This document shows positions 48,427 to 57,654 of a DNA stretch of 64,000 bases, one piece after another (the stretch's first letter is position 1; the number at the start of each line of letters is the position of its first letter). Source of the DNA: Silicimonas sp. (GTDB lineage Bacteria > Pseudomonadota > Alphaproteobacteria > Rhodobacterales > Rhodobacteraceae); assembly GCA_050299835.1 (NCBI GenBank), contig JBNKWP010000016.1:7885-71884 (forward strand), read 5' to 3'. The position numbers and the translations under genes are program-made. A model generated the notes under the pieces. That model did not search any database. It was not told the origin of the DNA and saw only the letters and a list, made by a program, of their open reading frames with translations.

Positions 48427-49428
48427 ATGGACCCGCAGAACAGCATTCCCGAAACGGCGCTGCGCTGGATCGAAGAGGGCCGTAAGGTTGCGCTCGCGAC
48501 GGTCATCAAGACTTGGGGCTCTGCGCCCAGGCCGGTGGGGTCGCAGCTTGTGGTCGATGCCGACATGGGTTTCGAAGGCTCGGTGTCCGGTGGGTGCGTG
48601 GAAGGCGCGGTCATCACTGAGGCGGTGGAGGCCATGCAGGACGGGAATTGCCGCGTGCTCAGTTTCGGCGTCTCCGATGACACGGCGTTCGAGGTCGGTC
48701 TGGCCTGTGGCGGGCAGATCGAGGTTATGGTTGAACCCGTGGGCCTCGGGCAGGGGCCCTCGGTCGAAGATATCCGCGCCCTGGTGGAGGCGCGCGCGGC
48801 GCGTCGTCCAGTCGTCTGGGAGGTGGATACCGAGAACTGGGGCCGTCGCCTGATAGAGCGGGACCGGGCTGACGCAGAGATCGAAGCCCTGTTCTGGTCC
48901 GACAAGTCGGCCCGCGAGGGTTCCCTCTTTCGCGGGGTCCACAACCCACCCCTTCGTCTGGCGATCATCGGCGCGGTTCACATCGCGCAGCCGCTGGTAC
49001 AGATGGCCCGTCTCGCCGGCTATGACATCGTACTTTGCGATCCGCGCGACAGTTTTGCCTCCGCCGACCGGTTCCCCGGTGAGACCTTCCTGGACGGCTG
49101 GCCGGATGAGGCATTGCAGGCTTTCGGTCTCGACACCCGGACGGCGGTTGTCACGCTCAGCCACGATCCCAAGATCGACACGCCCGCGCTTCAGACGGCG
49201 CTTGCGAGTGAGGCGTTCTATATAGGCGCGCTCGGCTCGACACGGACCCACGGCAAGCGGATCGCCGCGCTTCAGGAAGCAGGACTGAGCAACGAGACAA
49301 TCGCCCGGATCGACGGGCCGGTCGGGCTGGATATCGGTGCCTCGTCGCCCGCGGAGATCGCAATCTCCATCATGGCGGAGATGACGGAACGCCTTCGCAG
49401 GCCCGATACCCGACCGGGGCAGACGTGA
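48427..49428 (+). CDS. XdhC/CoxI family molybdoenzyme maturation protein
   Basis: Block WGSAPRPVGSQLVV...GSVSGGCVEG (XdhC N-terminal) and a Rossmann-like C-terminal domain. ATG at 48427 has a GGAGGG RBS. Confidence 0.8.
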   Translation: MDPQNSIPETALRWIEEGRKVALATVIKTWGSAPRPVGSQLVVDADMGFEGSVSGGCVEGAVITEAVEAMQDGNCRVLSFGVSDDTAFEVGLACGGQIEVMVEPVGLGQGPSVEDIRALVEARAARRPVVWEVDTENWGRRLIERDRADAEIEALFWSDKSAREGSLFRGVHNPPLRLAIIGAVHIAQPLVQMARLAGYDIVLCDPRDSFASADRFPGETFLDGWPDEALQAFGLDTRTAVVTLSHDPKIDTPALQTALASEAFYIGALGSTRTHGKRIAALQEAGLSNETIARIDGPVGLDIGASSPAEIAISIMAEMTERLRRPDTRPGQT

Positions 49429-50417
49429 CCTTCGGCACCATTCCGGTCTCCGAGGCGCTTGGCAGCATTCTGGCGCATTCGCTTCGTTTGAATGACGGGG
49501 TTCTGAAAAAGGGCACCGTGCTGGAAGAGGGTCACATCGCTTCACTGAACGCATCGGGGCATGAGAGTATCGTTGTTGCGCGGCTTGACCCAGACGATGT
49601 GACGGAGGACGAGGCCGCCCGCCGGATCGGGGCGCGGCTCACCGGGACGGGCTTGCGGCTGGGTCCTGCGTTCACGGGCCGCGCCAACCTGATTGCCGAC
49701 ATGGCGGGGCTGATCCGGGTCGATCCCGCACAAGTGGATGCCATGAACCGGGTGGATGAGGGGCTGACCCTCGCAACGCTGCCGGATCTGATGCGTGTGG
49801 ACGCGGACCAGCTTGTCGCGACGGTCAAGGTGATCCCCTACGGATTGCCGGAAGTTGTCGTGGGTGCCGGGGAGGACTGTCTGGTGGGCGAGGCGATCCG
49901 TCTCATGCCTTTCATTGGCGGGTCGGCCCGTCTCGTGATGACGCGAACTCCGGGTTTCAAGGAGAGCCTGCTCGCCAAGGGCGAGGAGGTCATCCGGGCG
50001 CGTCTGGACACGCTGGGATATGCGCTGGATCACGTCGCGGTCGTGTCCCATGACGCGCAATCGGTGGCCGAAACCCTTTCCGGCGACGCGGATCTCACGC
50101 TGATCCTCGGCGCTTCCGCCACGTCAGACCGGGAGGATGTGGCACCTGCGGCAGTCGTGCAGGCCGGAGGCCGGATCGACCGGTTCGGAATGCCCGTTGA
50201 CCCTGGCAACCTTCTGTTCTTCGGACAGCTCAAAGGCCACCCGGTCGTTGGCCTGCCCGGATGCGCACGTTCCCCGGCACTCAATGGCGTGGATTGGGTT
50301 CTGGAACGGCTCTCCGCCGGGCTCCACGTCACGTCCGACGATATCGCGGCGATGGGCGTTGGCGGGCTACTCAAGGAAATGCCGGGCCGCCCGCAGCCGC
50401 GACGACCGGGGAATTAG
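49425..50417 (+). CDS. molybdopterin-binding (MoCF-biosynthesis domain) protein
   Basis: GTGA overlap with xdhC. The C-terminal block LTLILGASATSDREDV...GMPVDPGNLLFFG resembles MoeA/MogA-type MPT-binding domains. Confidence 0.65.
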   Translation: MTFGTIPVSEALGSILAHSLRLNDGVLKKGTVLEEGHIASLNASGHESIVVARLDPDDVTEDEAARRIGARLTGTGLRLGPAFTGRANLIADMAGLIRVDPAQVDAMNRVDEGLTLATLPDLMRVDADQLVATVKVIPYGLPEVVVGAGEDCLVGEAIRLMPFIGGSARLVMTRTPGFKESLLAKGEEVIRARLDTLGYALDHVAVVSHDAQSVAETLSGDADLTLILGASATSDREDVAPAAVVQAGGRIDRFGMPVDPGNLLFFGQLKGHPVVGLPGCARSPALNGVDWVLERLSAGLHVTSDDIAAMGVGGLLKEMPGRPQPRRPGN

Positions 50418-50503
50418 CCTCCTGCACGGTTGGCCAGATTGCCGATTCAGCTTTGCGCCGAAATGCGCTATGAGACCGCAATGACAAGAAACAGAGGCAA
50501 GGC

Positions 50504-52024
50504 ATGAGCGTACCGAAACCCGTTGTTCTTTGTATCATGGATGGATGGGGTCTGCGCGACGATCCGACCGCCAACGCCCCTAAACTGGCGGATACTCCGA
50601 CCTATGACCGGATCATGGCCACCTGTCCGCACGCCGCGCTCGTCACCCATGGCAGGGATGTCGGCCTGCCGACCGGGCAGATGGGCAACTCCGAAGTCGG
50701 ACACACGAATATCGGGGCGGGCCGGATCGTGGCGATGGATCTCGGTCAGATTGACCTGGCAATCGAGGATGGCAGCTTTTTCGGGAATGCGGCGATCGAC
50801 GAATTCGCCGGAAAGATCCGGGACAAGGACGGCGTGGCGCATGTGATCGGGCTTGCATCGCCCGGCGGGGTCCATTCGCATCAGGATCATCTCGTAGCTG
50901 CGGCGAAGGCGCTGGTTGATCGGGGCCTTGAGGTCGTCGTTCACGCGATCACCGACGGGCGCGATGTGGCACCTCAATCAGCCTATGAACAGGTCGGGAA
51001 GATGAGCCGCGATCTGCCGGATGGAGTGAAGATCGTCACCGTATCGGGCCGCTACTTTGCGATGGACCGCGACAACCGCTGGAAGCGCGTGAAACGCGCT
51101 TACGATGCCATGGTCCTTGGGCAGGGCGAGGCATTGGGCGACCCCATCGAGGGGATCGCGACGTGCTATGACCGCGACCAGACCGACGAGTTCATCGAGC
51201 CCTTCGTCGTTGAGGGCTACGCCGGCATGAAAGATGGTGACGGTGTCTTCTTCGTCAATTTTCGCGCCGACCGCGCACGGGAAATCCTGCGCGCCATCGG
51301 CGAGCCGGGTTTCTCGGAGTTCGAAATTGGCGACCGCCCGAAGTTCTCCGTTCTGCTGGGCATGGTAGATTATTCGGACGATCACAACGCCTATATGAAC
51401 ACGGTCTTTCCGAAGAAGAAGATCGAGAACACGCTGGGTGCCTGGGTCGCAAAACAGGGTCTCACACAGTTCCGGTTGGCGGAGACGGAGAAGTACCCCC
51501 ACGTCACCTTCTTTCTCAACGGCGGCAAGGAAGTGCCGGAGGAGGGCGAAGACCGCTTCATGCCGAAATCTCCCGACGTTGCGACCTATGACCTTCAGCC
51601 GGAGATGAGCGCACCAGAAGTGACGGCGAAATTCGTCGAAGCCATCGAGGCGGGCTATGACCTGATCGTGGTCAATTTCGCAAACCCCGACATGGTCGGC
51701 CATACTGGCGATCTGGAGGCGGCGAAGAAGGCCTGCGAGGCCGTGGATCGTGGACTGGCGGCGGTTGTAGATGCGCTGGACAGGGCGGGCGGGGCGATGG
51801 TTCTGACCGCCGACCACGGCAATTGCGAAACCATGATCGATCCGGAAACGGGCGGGCCGCACACGGCACATACCACGAATCTCGTGCCTGTCGCGCTGAT
51901 CGGCGGGCCACGAGGCGTTTCTCTGCGCAATGGACGGTTGGCCGATCTTGCGCCGACAGTGCTTGACCTGATGGGGCTGGAACTGCCGCCGGAGATGACC
52001 GGGGAAAGTCTGATCAAGCGATGA
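50504..52024 (+). CDS. gpmI: 2,3-bisphosphoglycerate-independent phosphoglycerate mutase
   Basis: Blocks ILDGWG-like (IMDGWGLR), GNSEVGHTNIGAGR and ADHGN. Confidence 0.95.
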   Translation: MSVPKPVVLCIMDGWGLRDDPTANAPKLADTPTYDRIMATCPHAALVTHGRDVGLPTGQMGNSEVGHTNIGAGRIVAMDLGQIDLAIEDGSFFGNAAIDEFAGKIRDKDGVAHVIGLASPGGVHSHQDHLVAAAKALVDRGLEVVVHAITDGRDVAPQSAYEQVGKMSRDLPDGVKIVTVSGRYFAMDRDNRWKRVKRAYDAMVLGQGEALGDPIEGIATCYDRDQTDEFIEPFVVEGYAGMKDGDGVFFVNFRADRAREILRAIGEPGFSEFEIGDRPKFSVLLGMVDYSDDHNAYMNTVFPKKKIENTLGAWVAKQGLTQFRLAETEKYPHVTFFLNGGKEVPEEGEDRFMPKSPDVATYDLQPEMSAPEVTAKFVEAIEAGYDLIVVNFANPDMVGHTGDLEAAKKACEAVDRGLAAVVDALDRAGGAMVLTADHGNCETMIDPETGGPHTAHTTNLVPVALIGGPRGVSLRNGRLADLAPTVLDLMGLELPPEMTGESLIKR

Positions 52025-53109
52025 TACGCGCCATTTCCCTGAGCGTCGCACTGTTTTTGGCGGGTGCCTCTTCTGCGGATGAGGCGCTGAGCGCAAGGGA
52101 ACGCCTGTTGGCTGCTGCGGGGTTGGTCGAAGCGGCGGAAACGGCAGGCGACAGGATCGCAGCGCTGACCGATGCGGTGCGGGCCTATGACGCCGGACTG
52201 TCCGCCATGCGATCGGAAATCCGGTCTCTGGTGCTTAAAGAAAGACAGATCGAGAGACAACTGTCGTCCGAGGACAGCGAAATATCCTCACTTCTGGCGA
52301 TGATGCAGAACGCATCTCGCCGGGCGGAGGCGGAAAGCCTTCTGCACCCCGGAAGCGCTCTTGATACGATCCGGGCCGGAACATTGACCAGCGCCGTTGT
52401 TCCGGCACTTCAGGACCGCGCCGCCGAGTTGGAGGGTCAACTCCGGGAACTTGAGGACATCAAGGCGGTTGTGGCGACCGCGCAGGATGGATTGATCCGC
52501 AGCCGGGCCGAAGTTCAGGGGGCACGGGCGGCTCTGGCCGAAGCGCTCGCGGCCCGCACGGATCTGCCGCCGCGACTCGCGACCAACGAGGCCGCGATGG
52601 AGGCCCTTGTGAACAGCGCCGATACATTGTCCGTCCTTGCGGACAGTCTGTTCTCGGGGGAGGAACGTCGCCCGGGCAATGGCGGATCGCGCTGGTCGGC
52701 ACCGGTTGCGGGGAAAATCGTCACAGCGGACGGTGGATCGGACACACGTCCGGGCTGGTCCATGATCACCGAACCAAAAGCGCTTGTCGTCGCACCTACC
52801 GATGCAAGCGTCCGTTTTTCCAGAGAAATAGAGCGTGAAGGAACGGTTGTTGTGCTTGAGGCCGACGCCGGCAGGCTGGTCCTTTTTGCTGGGCTGTCCA
52901 ACAGTTTCGTCTCGCCAGGCCAGGTTCTGGACCGTGGTGAGGCCTTGGGCTTTGCTGGTACGGGAAACACGGGCGCACAAGATAATTTGAACGTTGAGGG
53001 GGTGGAGAGTAGTCTTTTGCCCGGCGAAACGGTTTATATGGAAATCAGGCAGGGAGGCGCGCCGGTCGATCCGGTGACGGTCCTGACCATGGAAAAAGAA
53101 CAAGGATAA
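52021..53109 (+). CDS. murein hydrolase activator EnvC-like / M23 peptidase family protein
   Basis: Signal peptide, long coiled-coil region and a C-terminal degenerate LytM-type domain. Conserved position between gpmI and ctpA. Confidence 0.7.
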   Translation: MIRAISLSVALFLAGASSADEALSARERLLAAAGLVEAAETAGDRIAALTDAVRAYDAGLSAMRSEIRSLVLKERQIERQLSSEDSEISSLLAMMQNASRRAEAESLLHPGSALDTIRAGTLTSAVVPALQDRAAELEGQLRELEDIKAVVATAQDGLIRSRAEVQGARAALAEALAARTDLPPRLATNEAAMEALVNSADTLSVLADSLFSGEERRPGNGGSRWSAPVAGKIVTADGGSDTRPGWSMITEPKALVVAPTDASVRFSREIEREGTVVVLEADAGRLVLFAGLSNSFVSPGQVLDRGEALGFAGTGNTGAQDNLNVEGVESSLLPGETVYMEIRQGGAPVDPVTVLTMEKEQG

Positions 53110-53112
53110 AAC

Positions 53113-54471
53113 ATGCGACAGTTTTTTCTGGCGACGATCACCGGGATCATGTTCGGTGCGGTAGTGACCACTCAGGTCGCCGGTCCCCTGATCGCCCAGG
53201 AGTCGGAGAAAAAGGCGAGCATCTACGAACAGCTCGATCTGTTTGGCGATATTTTCGAGCGTATTCGCTCGCAATATGTCGAAGAGGTTGAGGCGGAAGA
53301 ACTGATCGAAGCCGCCATCAACGGAATGCTGACCTCGCTCGATCCGCACTCCTCCTACCTTTCGCCTGACGATGCCCAGGCAATGCGGGTGCAGACCCGT
53401 GGGGAGTTTGGCGGTCTGGGCATCGAGGTGACCCAGGAAGAAGGCTTCGTGAAGGTCGTCTCGCCGATTGACGGGACGCCGGCAGATGACGCGGGCGTCG
53501 AAGCAGGAGATTTCATTACCCATGTGGACGGTGAAAGCGTTCTGGGACTGACGCTCGACGAGGCGGTTGAAATGATGCGCGGACCGGTCGGTTCCGAAAT
53601 CGTCATCACCGTGGTTCGGAAAGATCAGCCCGAGCCTTTCGATGTCTCGATCATCCGCGATACGATCAAGCTGACCGCCGTGCGCAGCCGGGTGCAGGGC
53701 GAGACGGTGGTTCTTCGACTGACCACGTTCAGCGACCAGACCTTCCCGACCATGCGCGACCAGTTGGCCGAGAAAGTCGAGGAACTGGGTGGCATGGACA
53801 ATGTGAACGGCTTCGTGATCGACCTGCGCAACAATCCCGGCGGCCTGCTGACACAAGCGATCCGCGTGTCGGATGCGTTCCTGGATTCGGGTGAGATCGT
53901 TTCGACACGGGGGCGCGAACCGCAGGACGGCGACCGCTTCAACGCCGAGCCGGGAGATTTGGCGGAAGGCAAGCCGATCGTCGTTCTGATCAACGGCGGT
54001 TCGGCAAGCGCGTCCGAGATCGTGGCGGGGGCTCTTCAGGATCACCGCAGAGCGATCGTCGTGGGAACGAAATCCTTCGGCAAGGGATCGGTGCAGACGG
54101 TGATGCCTTTGCGGGGCGACGGCGCGATGCGCCTGACCACAGCTCGGTATTACACGCCCTCGGGCAGGTCGATTCAGGCGCTGGGTGTCTCGCCCGACAT
54201 CATCGTCGAGCAGCCGCCGCGCGTCGAGGCTTCGGAAGAAGATGAGCCCACGACACGGAACAGCCGTTCGGAAGCCGATCTGCGGGGATCGCTGACGAGC
54301 GACCTCAGCGAAGACGAACGCCGCCAGATCGAGGAAGACCGTGAGCGGGCCCAGGCCGCTGCCGACCTTCGGAAAGAGGATTACCAGCTGGCTTATGCCA
54401 TCGACATCCTGAAAGGCCTTTCCGCACTCGGTCCGGAATATGCGGCAACCCTTGCTGAGCAGGCCAACTGA
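53113..54471 (+). CDS. ctpA: S41 family carboxy-terminal processing protease
   Basis: PDZ domain (GGLGIEV...VVSPIDGTPA) and the S41 catalytic region (INGGSASASEIVAGALQD, TKSFGKGSVQ). Confidence 0.9.
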   Translation: MRQFFLATITGIMFGAVVTTQVAGPLIAQESEKKASIYEQLDLFGDIFERIRSQYVEEVEAEELIEAAINGMLTSLDPHSSYLSPDDAQAMRVQTRGEFGGLGIEVTQEEGFVKVVSPIDGTPADDAGVEAGDFITHVDGESVLGLTLDEAVEMMRGPVGSEIVITVVRKDQPEPFDVSIIRDTIKLTAVRSRVQGETVVLRLTTFSDQTFPTMRDQLAEKVEELGGMDNVNGFVIDLRNNPGGLLTQAIRVSDAFLDSGEIVSTRGREPQDGDRFNAEPGDLAEGKPIVVLINGGSASASEIVAGALQDHRRAIVVGTKSFGKGSVQTVMPLRGDGAMRLTTARYYTPSGRSIQALGVSPDIIVEQPPRVEASEEDEPTTRNSRSEADLRGSLTSDLSEDERRQIEEDRERAQAAADLRKEDYQLAYAIDILKGLSALGPEYAATLAEQAN

Positions 54472-54498
54472 GCCCACGGAGCTCGCTCAAAACACAGG

Positions 54499-54530
54499 AA
54501 AAGCCGCGTCCGAATGGGCGCGGCTTTTTC
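54499..54530 (+). terminator. rho-independent terminator after ctpA
   Basis: Stem AAAGCCGCG / CGCGGCTTT followed by TTTTC. Confidence 0.7.
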
Positions 54531-54665
54531 GCTTGATCCGGACTCCAGTGCCTCCGGCGCAATAAGCCCGATCTTCGTTGCCCTGATCCTGTTCCAGCCG
54601 TTTGTCCTGAGCGTTCTCGCGCTCTCGCTTGTGAGCAGTGCTCACGCGGGCTATAGGCTCGCGCC

Positions 54666-55670
54666 ATGACCGCCCCGACAAAATCACATGGAACACGCTC
54701 CGCGGTGCTTTCGTCCGCGCCGAGCGATCTCATTGGGGATCGTGTGCCTGCCGCCAAAATCTGGACGGCGCAGGTCATCACGCTCTTTCCAGAGGTCTTT
54801 CCCGGCGTTTTGGGCGCATCCCTGACTGGCAAGGCTCTGGATCGGGAACTGTGGCGCCTCGATCCGATTGATCTGCGGGTTTTCGGCGAGGGCAAGCACC
54901 GCAAGGTCGATGACACCCCGGCCGGGGGCGGCGCCGGGCTGGTTTTGCGAGCCGACATCATGGGCAAGGCGATTGCTTTCGCGAAGAAGCGTCGGGAATT
55001 GCCGCTCTACTACCTTTCGCCCCGTGGACGGCGTTTTGATCAGGCGATGGCGCGGGACTGGGCGGAGGGACCGGGCGTTTGCCTGATCGCGGGGCGATTC
55101 GAGGGGTTGGATCAAAGAGTGATCGACCATTTCGGGATCGAGGAAGTCAGCCTTGGCGATTTCGTGATGACTGGCGGCGAAATAGCTGCGCAGGCGATGA
55201 TCGACGCATCTGTGCGCCTGTTGCCCGGCGTGCTGGGGAACGCCGTTTCCACCGAGGAGGAGAGCTTCTCTGCGGGGTTACTGGAACATCCTCAATACAC
55301 GCGCCCTGCTTTGTGGGAGGGGCAGACCATTCCCGAAGTTCTGACCTCCGGTGATCACGGAGCAGTAGAACGCTGGCGCCGCCAGGAATCCGAGCGCCTG
55401 ACCAAGGTGCGTCGCCCGGATCTTCTGGAAGCCGAGAGCCCGGCAATGCCCTCGGAAGTTCTGCGGGTCACTGACGCCGAAAGCTTTGCACGGTTCATTC
55501 GAAAATCATTTGACCAACCGCTTGGCATCTACAGCGATTTCAATGGCGCTGAGGATGCGATCGAGGCGATGCTTGCCTGCATTGAGGACAACAAATACGA
55601 CGTTGCTCTGCCCAAGAACCCATGGACTGCTGCCGCTCGGTTGATGTGGCTGGGTCGCAACTACGAATAG
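54666..55670 (+). CDS. trmD: tRNA (guanine37-N1)-methyltransferase with atypical 74-aa C-terminal extension
   Basis: TrmD blocks ITLFPEVFPG, DDTPAGGGAGLVL, CGRFEG-like (AGRFEGLDQRV) and GDFVMTGGE. The ORF continues in frame for 74 codons (55446..55670) of visibly lower GC. A GTG at 54744 is an alternative start. Confidence 0.85.
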   Translation: MTAPTKSHGTRSAVLSSAPSDLIGDRVPAAKIWTAQVITLFPEVFPGVLGASLTGKALDRELWRLDPIDLRVFGEGKHRKVDDTPAGGGAGLVLRADIMGKAIAFAKKRRELPLYYLSPRGRRFDQAMARDWAEGPGVCLIAGRFEGLDQRVIDHFGIEEVSLGDFVMTGGEIAAQAMIDASVRLLPGVLGNAVSTEEESFSAGLLEHPQYTRPALWEGQTIPEVLTSGDHGAVERWRRQESERLTKVRRPDLLEAESPAMPSEVLRVTDAESFARFIRKSFDQPLGIYSDFNGAEDAIEAMLACIEDNKYDVALPKNPWTAAARLMWLGRNYE

Positions 55671-55848
55671 GGGCTTGATTGGCCACCGAACCCGCCTTAT
55701 ACGGCGCAGGTTCGCGCATATGCGGACAGACAAGCAAACGACACCTGCATCCTCCGGCGGGCGGCATGACCGGCCCCAAGACAAACCGGAGCTCTGAGGC
55801 GCGATACACCTCTCGGGACCAACCCGGGGCAGCATAGGAGTGCGTCAG

Positions 55849-56229
55849 ATGGACCTGATCGCAGAACTGGAAGCCGAGCAAGTGGCCGCGCTTGGCAAGG
55901 AAATTCCGGATTTCAAGGCGGGTGACACGATCCGCGTCGGCTACAAGGTGACGGAAGGCACGCGGACCCGCGTGCAGAACTACGAAGGCGTCTGCATTGC
56001 CCGCAAGAATGGCGCTGGCATTGCAGGTTCGTTCACCGTCCGCAAGATTTCCTTCGGTGAGGGCGTGGAGCGTGTGTTCCCGCTGCATTCGACCAATATC
56101 GAAAGCATCACCGTTGTGCGCCGTGGCCGTGTCCGCCGCGCGAAACTGTACTACCTGCGCTCGCGTCGCGGCAAATCGGCCCGTATCGCCGAAGACGCGA
56201 ACTACAAGCCCAAATCCGCGGAGGCCTGA
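55849..56229 (+). CDS. rplS: 50S ribosomal protein L19
   Basis: [11 protein letters not shown]...[13 protein letters not shown] is a canonical L19 sequence. A GTG at 55840 is possible. Confidence 0.95.
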   Translation: MDLIAELEAEQVAALGKEIPDFKAGDTIRVGYKVTEGTRTRVQNYEGVCIARKNGAGIAGSFTVRKISFGEGVERVFPLHSTNIESITVVRRGRVRRAKLYYLRSRRGKSARIAEDANYKPKSAEA

Positions 56230-56232
56230 TCG

Positions 56233-56454
56233 ATGAAGAAGGACACTCATCCCGACTATCACGTCATCGAAGTGAAGATGACCAATGGCGACATCGTGCA
56301 GATGCGGTCGACCTGGGGCTCCGAAGGCGACACGCTGTCGCTGGACATTGACCCCACCGTTCACCCCGCCTGGACCGGCGGCGGCACCCGTCTGATGGAT
56401 ACCGGTGGCCGGGTTTCGAAGTTCAAGAAGAAATACGAAGGCCTGGGTTTCTGA
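56233..56454 (+). CDS. rpmE: 50S ribosomal protein L31 (non-Zn type)
   Basis: [10 protein letters not shown] start and C-terminal FKKKY. No CxxC pair is seen. Confidence 0.9.
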   Translation: MKKDTHPDYHVIEVKMTNGDIVQMRSTWGSEGDTLSLDIDPTVHPAWTGGGTRLMDTGGRVSKFKKKYEGLGF

Positions 56455-56482
56455 TCCCAAGCCTCTGTCCGAGGGACATTGG

Positions 56483-56514
56483 AAACGCCGCTCCGAAAGG
56501 GGCGGCGTTTTTCG
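56483..56514 (+). terminator. rho-independent terminator after rpmE
   Basis: Stem AAACGCCGC / GCGGCGTTT followed by TTTCG. Confidence 0.75.
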
Positions 56515-56608
56515 TTGCGGGTTAATGAAGCGTCCGGGCGGAAGGCGTTGCGGGCAACGAAGAGCGGCGTTAATGCCCTCAAACCCAGAGAAAACGGGCG
56601 GAATCGCC

Positions 56609-56664
56609 ACGTCGGTAATGCGTCGGTATCACGTCGGTATTACGTCGGTGCCAACGTCGGTGGC
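56609..56664 (+). repeat. five phased direct repeats of ACGTCGGT(A) at 11,11,11,12-bp spacing
   Basis: acgtcggtaat / gcgtcggtatc / acgtcggtatt / acgtcggtgcca / acgtcggtggc. A sixth CGTCGGTA lies at 56787..56794. A perfect TGTGGATAA follows at 56666..56674. Confidence 0.7.
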
Positions 56665-56774
56665 CTGTGGATAAGCGGCAGGGACGGGGTGCGTGCGGTA
56701 AGGAAGGTTGATGAGGGGTTAAGTATTGTGGAGTGGGCTCGCTCACGCATCCAATGTCCGCTATGAGCCCATAG

Positions 56775-57443
56775 CTACGGGCACACCGTCGGTAGATACG
56801 GATTGCGTGCTAAGTCGAGCTTCTGGAACCGCATTCGCTTTTTTGACCAGTTGTAGACTTCGGGACTACTGTTCGGTGCTACTAGGATTGCGTGATAGTC
56901 TAGGATAACTGTGCCCGTTGGACCGGTCCTACTGCTTACGACTTGCGGAAGGCGCATGTCCCAAATGGAATTAAGTTCGAAGGCATAACCGCTGGGCGTT
57001 GGCGCAAGGATACAAAACGTGCCACTTTCGCTTGGCGCTCCAAGATGAATGTACATCGCAATTGCCGACCCCCAAGACCAGCATGCAAGAAGGGCAAGCG
57101 CGGGAAGGCCAATTGTCGCGATGCCAGGCCCAATAACTTTGGACAACATCAGCAAATAGGCCGCAAACCCTGCTACGAAGTATATGAGGATTGCCGCTTC
57201 AGCCGCTGTTCCGACAGACCACAACGCAAGTGCTACGACTGACCCGAACACAAGGACAACGATTGCCAAAGCGATTAGTATCTTGGATGGCCAGCGACGC
57301 GCAGCTAGCGCATCGCGGAAAACAGCTACGGCCAACAGTCCAAATATGCAGATGGCAACACAGTAGATAGCCCAATCCTGAGGCGGTAAGGAAAACCAAC
57401 TGCTGATCCAGAAGACAAGCACAAGAAACGGAATTGCCTTCAC
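56775..57443 (-). CDS. orphan membrane protein, visibly lower GC than surroundings
   Basis: 222-aa ORF with about five N-terminal hydrophobic segments and a soluble C-terminal region of about 90 aa. No family recognised. Its codon usage is atypical for this window. Confidence 0.5.
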   Translation of the reverse strand: MKAIPFLVLVFWISSWFSLPPQDWAIYCVAICIFGLLAVAVFRDALAARRWPSKILIALAIVVLVFGSVVALALWSVGTAAEAAILIYFVAGFAAYLLMLSKVIGPGIATIGLPALALLACWSWGSAIAMYIHLGAPSESGTFCILAPTPSGYAFELNSIWDMRLPQVVSSRTGPTGTVILDYHAILVAPNSSPEVYNWSKKRMRFQKLDLARNPYLPTVCP

Positions 57444-57654
57444 TTGTCTTCGCGCTCCTACTTAATTCCGCTTCCGAACGGACGATAGCATAATTGCTAC
57501 CTTAATCTGAGAGATCGCCCAAGGCCGGCTTCTTCCCGCAAACCCGCCACGCGATTCTTCAAGCGCTGACGCCAGTCCCCCCTTTCCTCCCCGCCCTACC
57601 GCGCTATTGTGCAGGTGCAGAAACCTGGCCGCTCATCGAAGGAGGCACACGCCC

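Noticed and set aside
52288-54477. 729-aa minus-strand ORF
   Set aside because: Antisense to the EnvC-like and CtpA genes, with no motifs. Shadow ORF.
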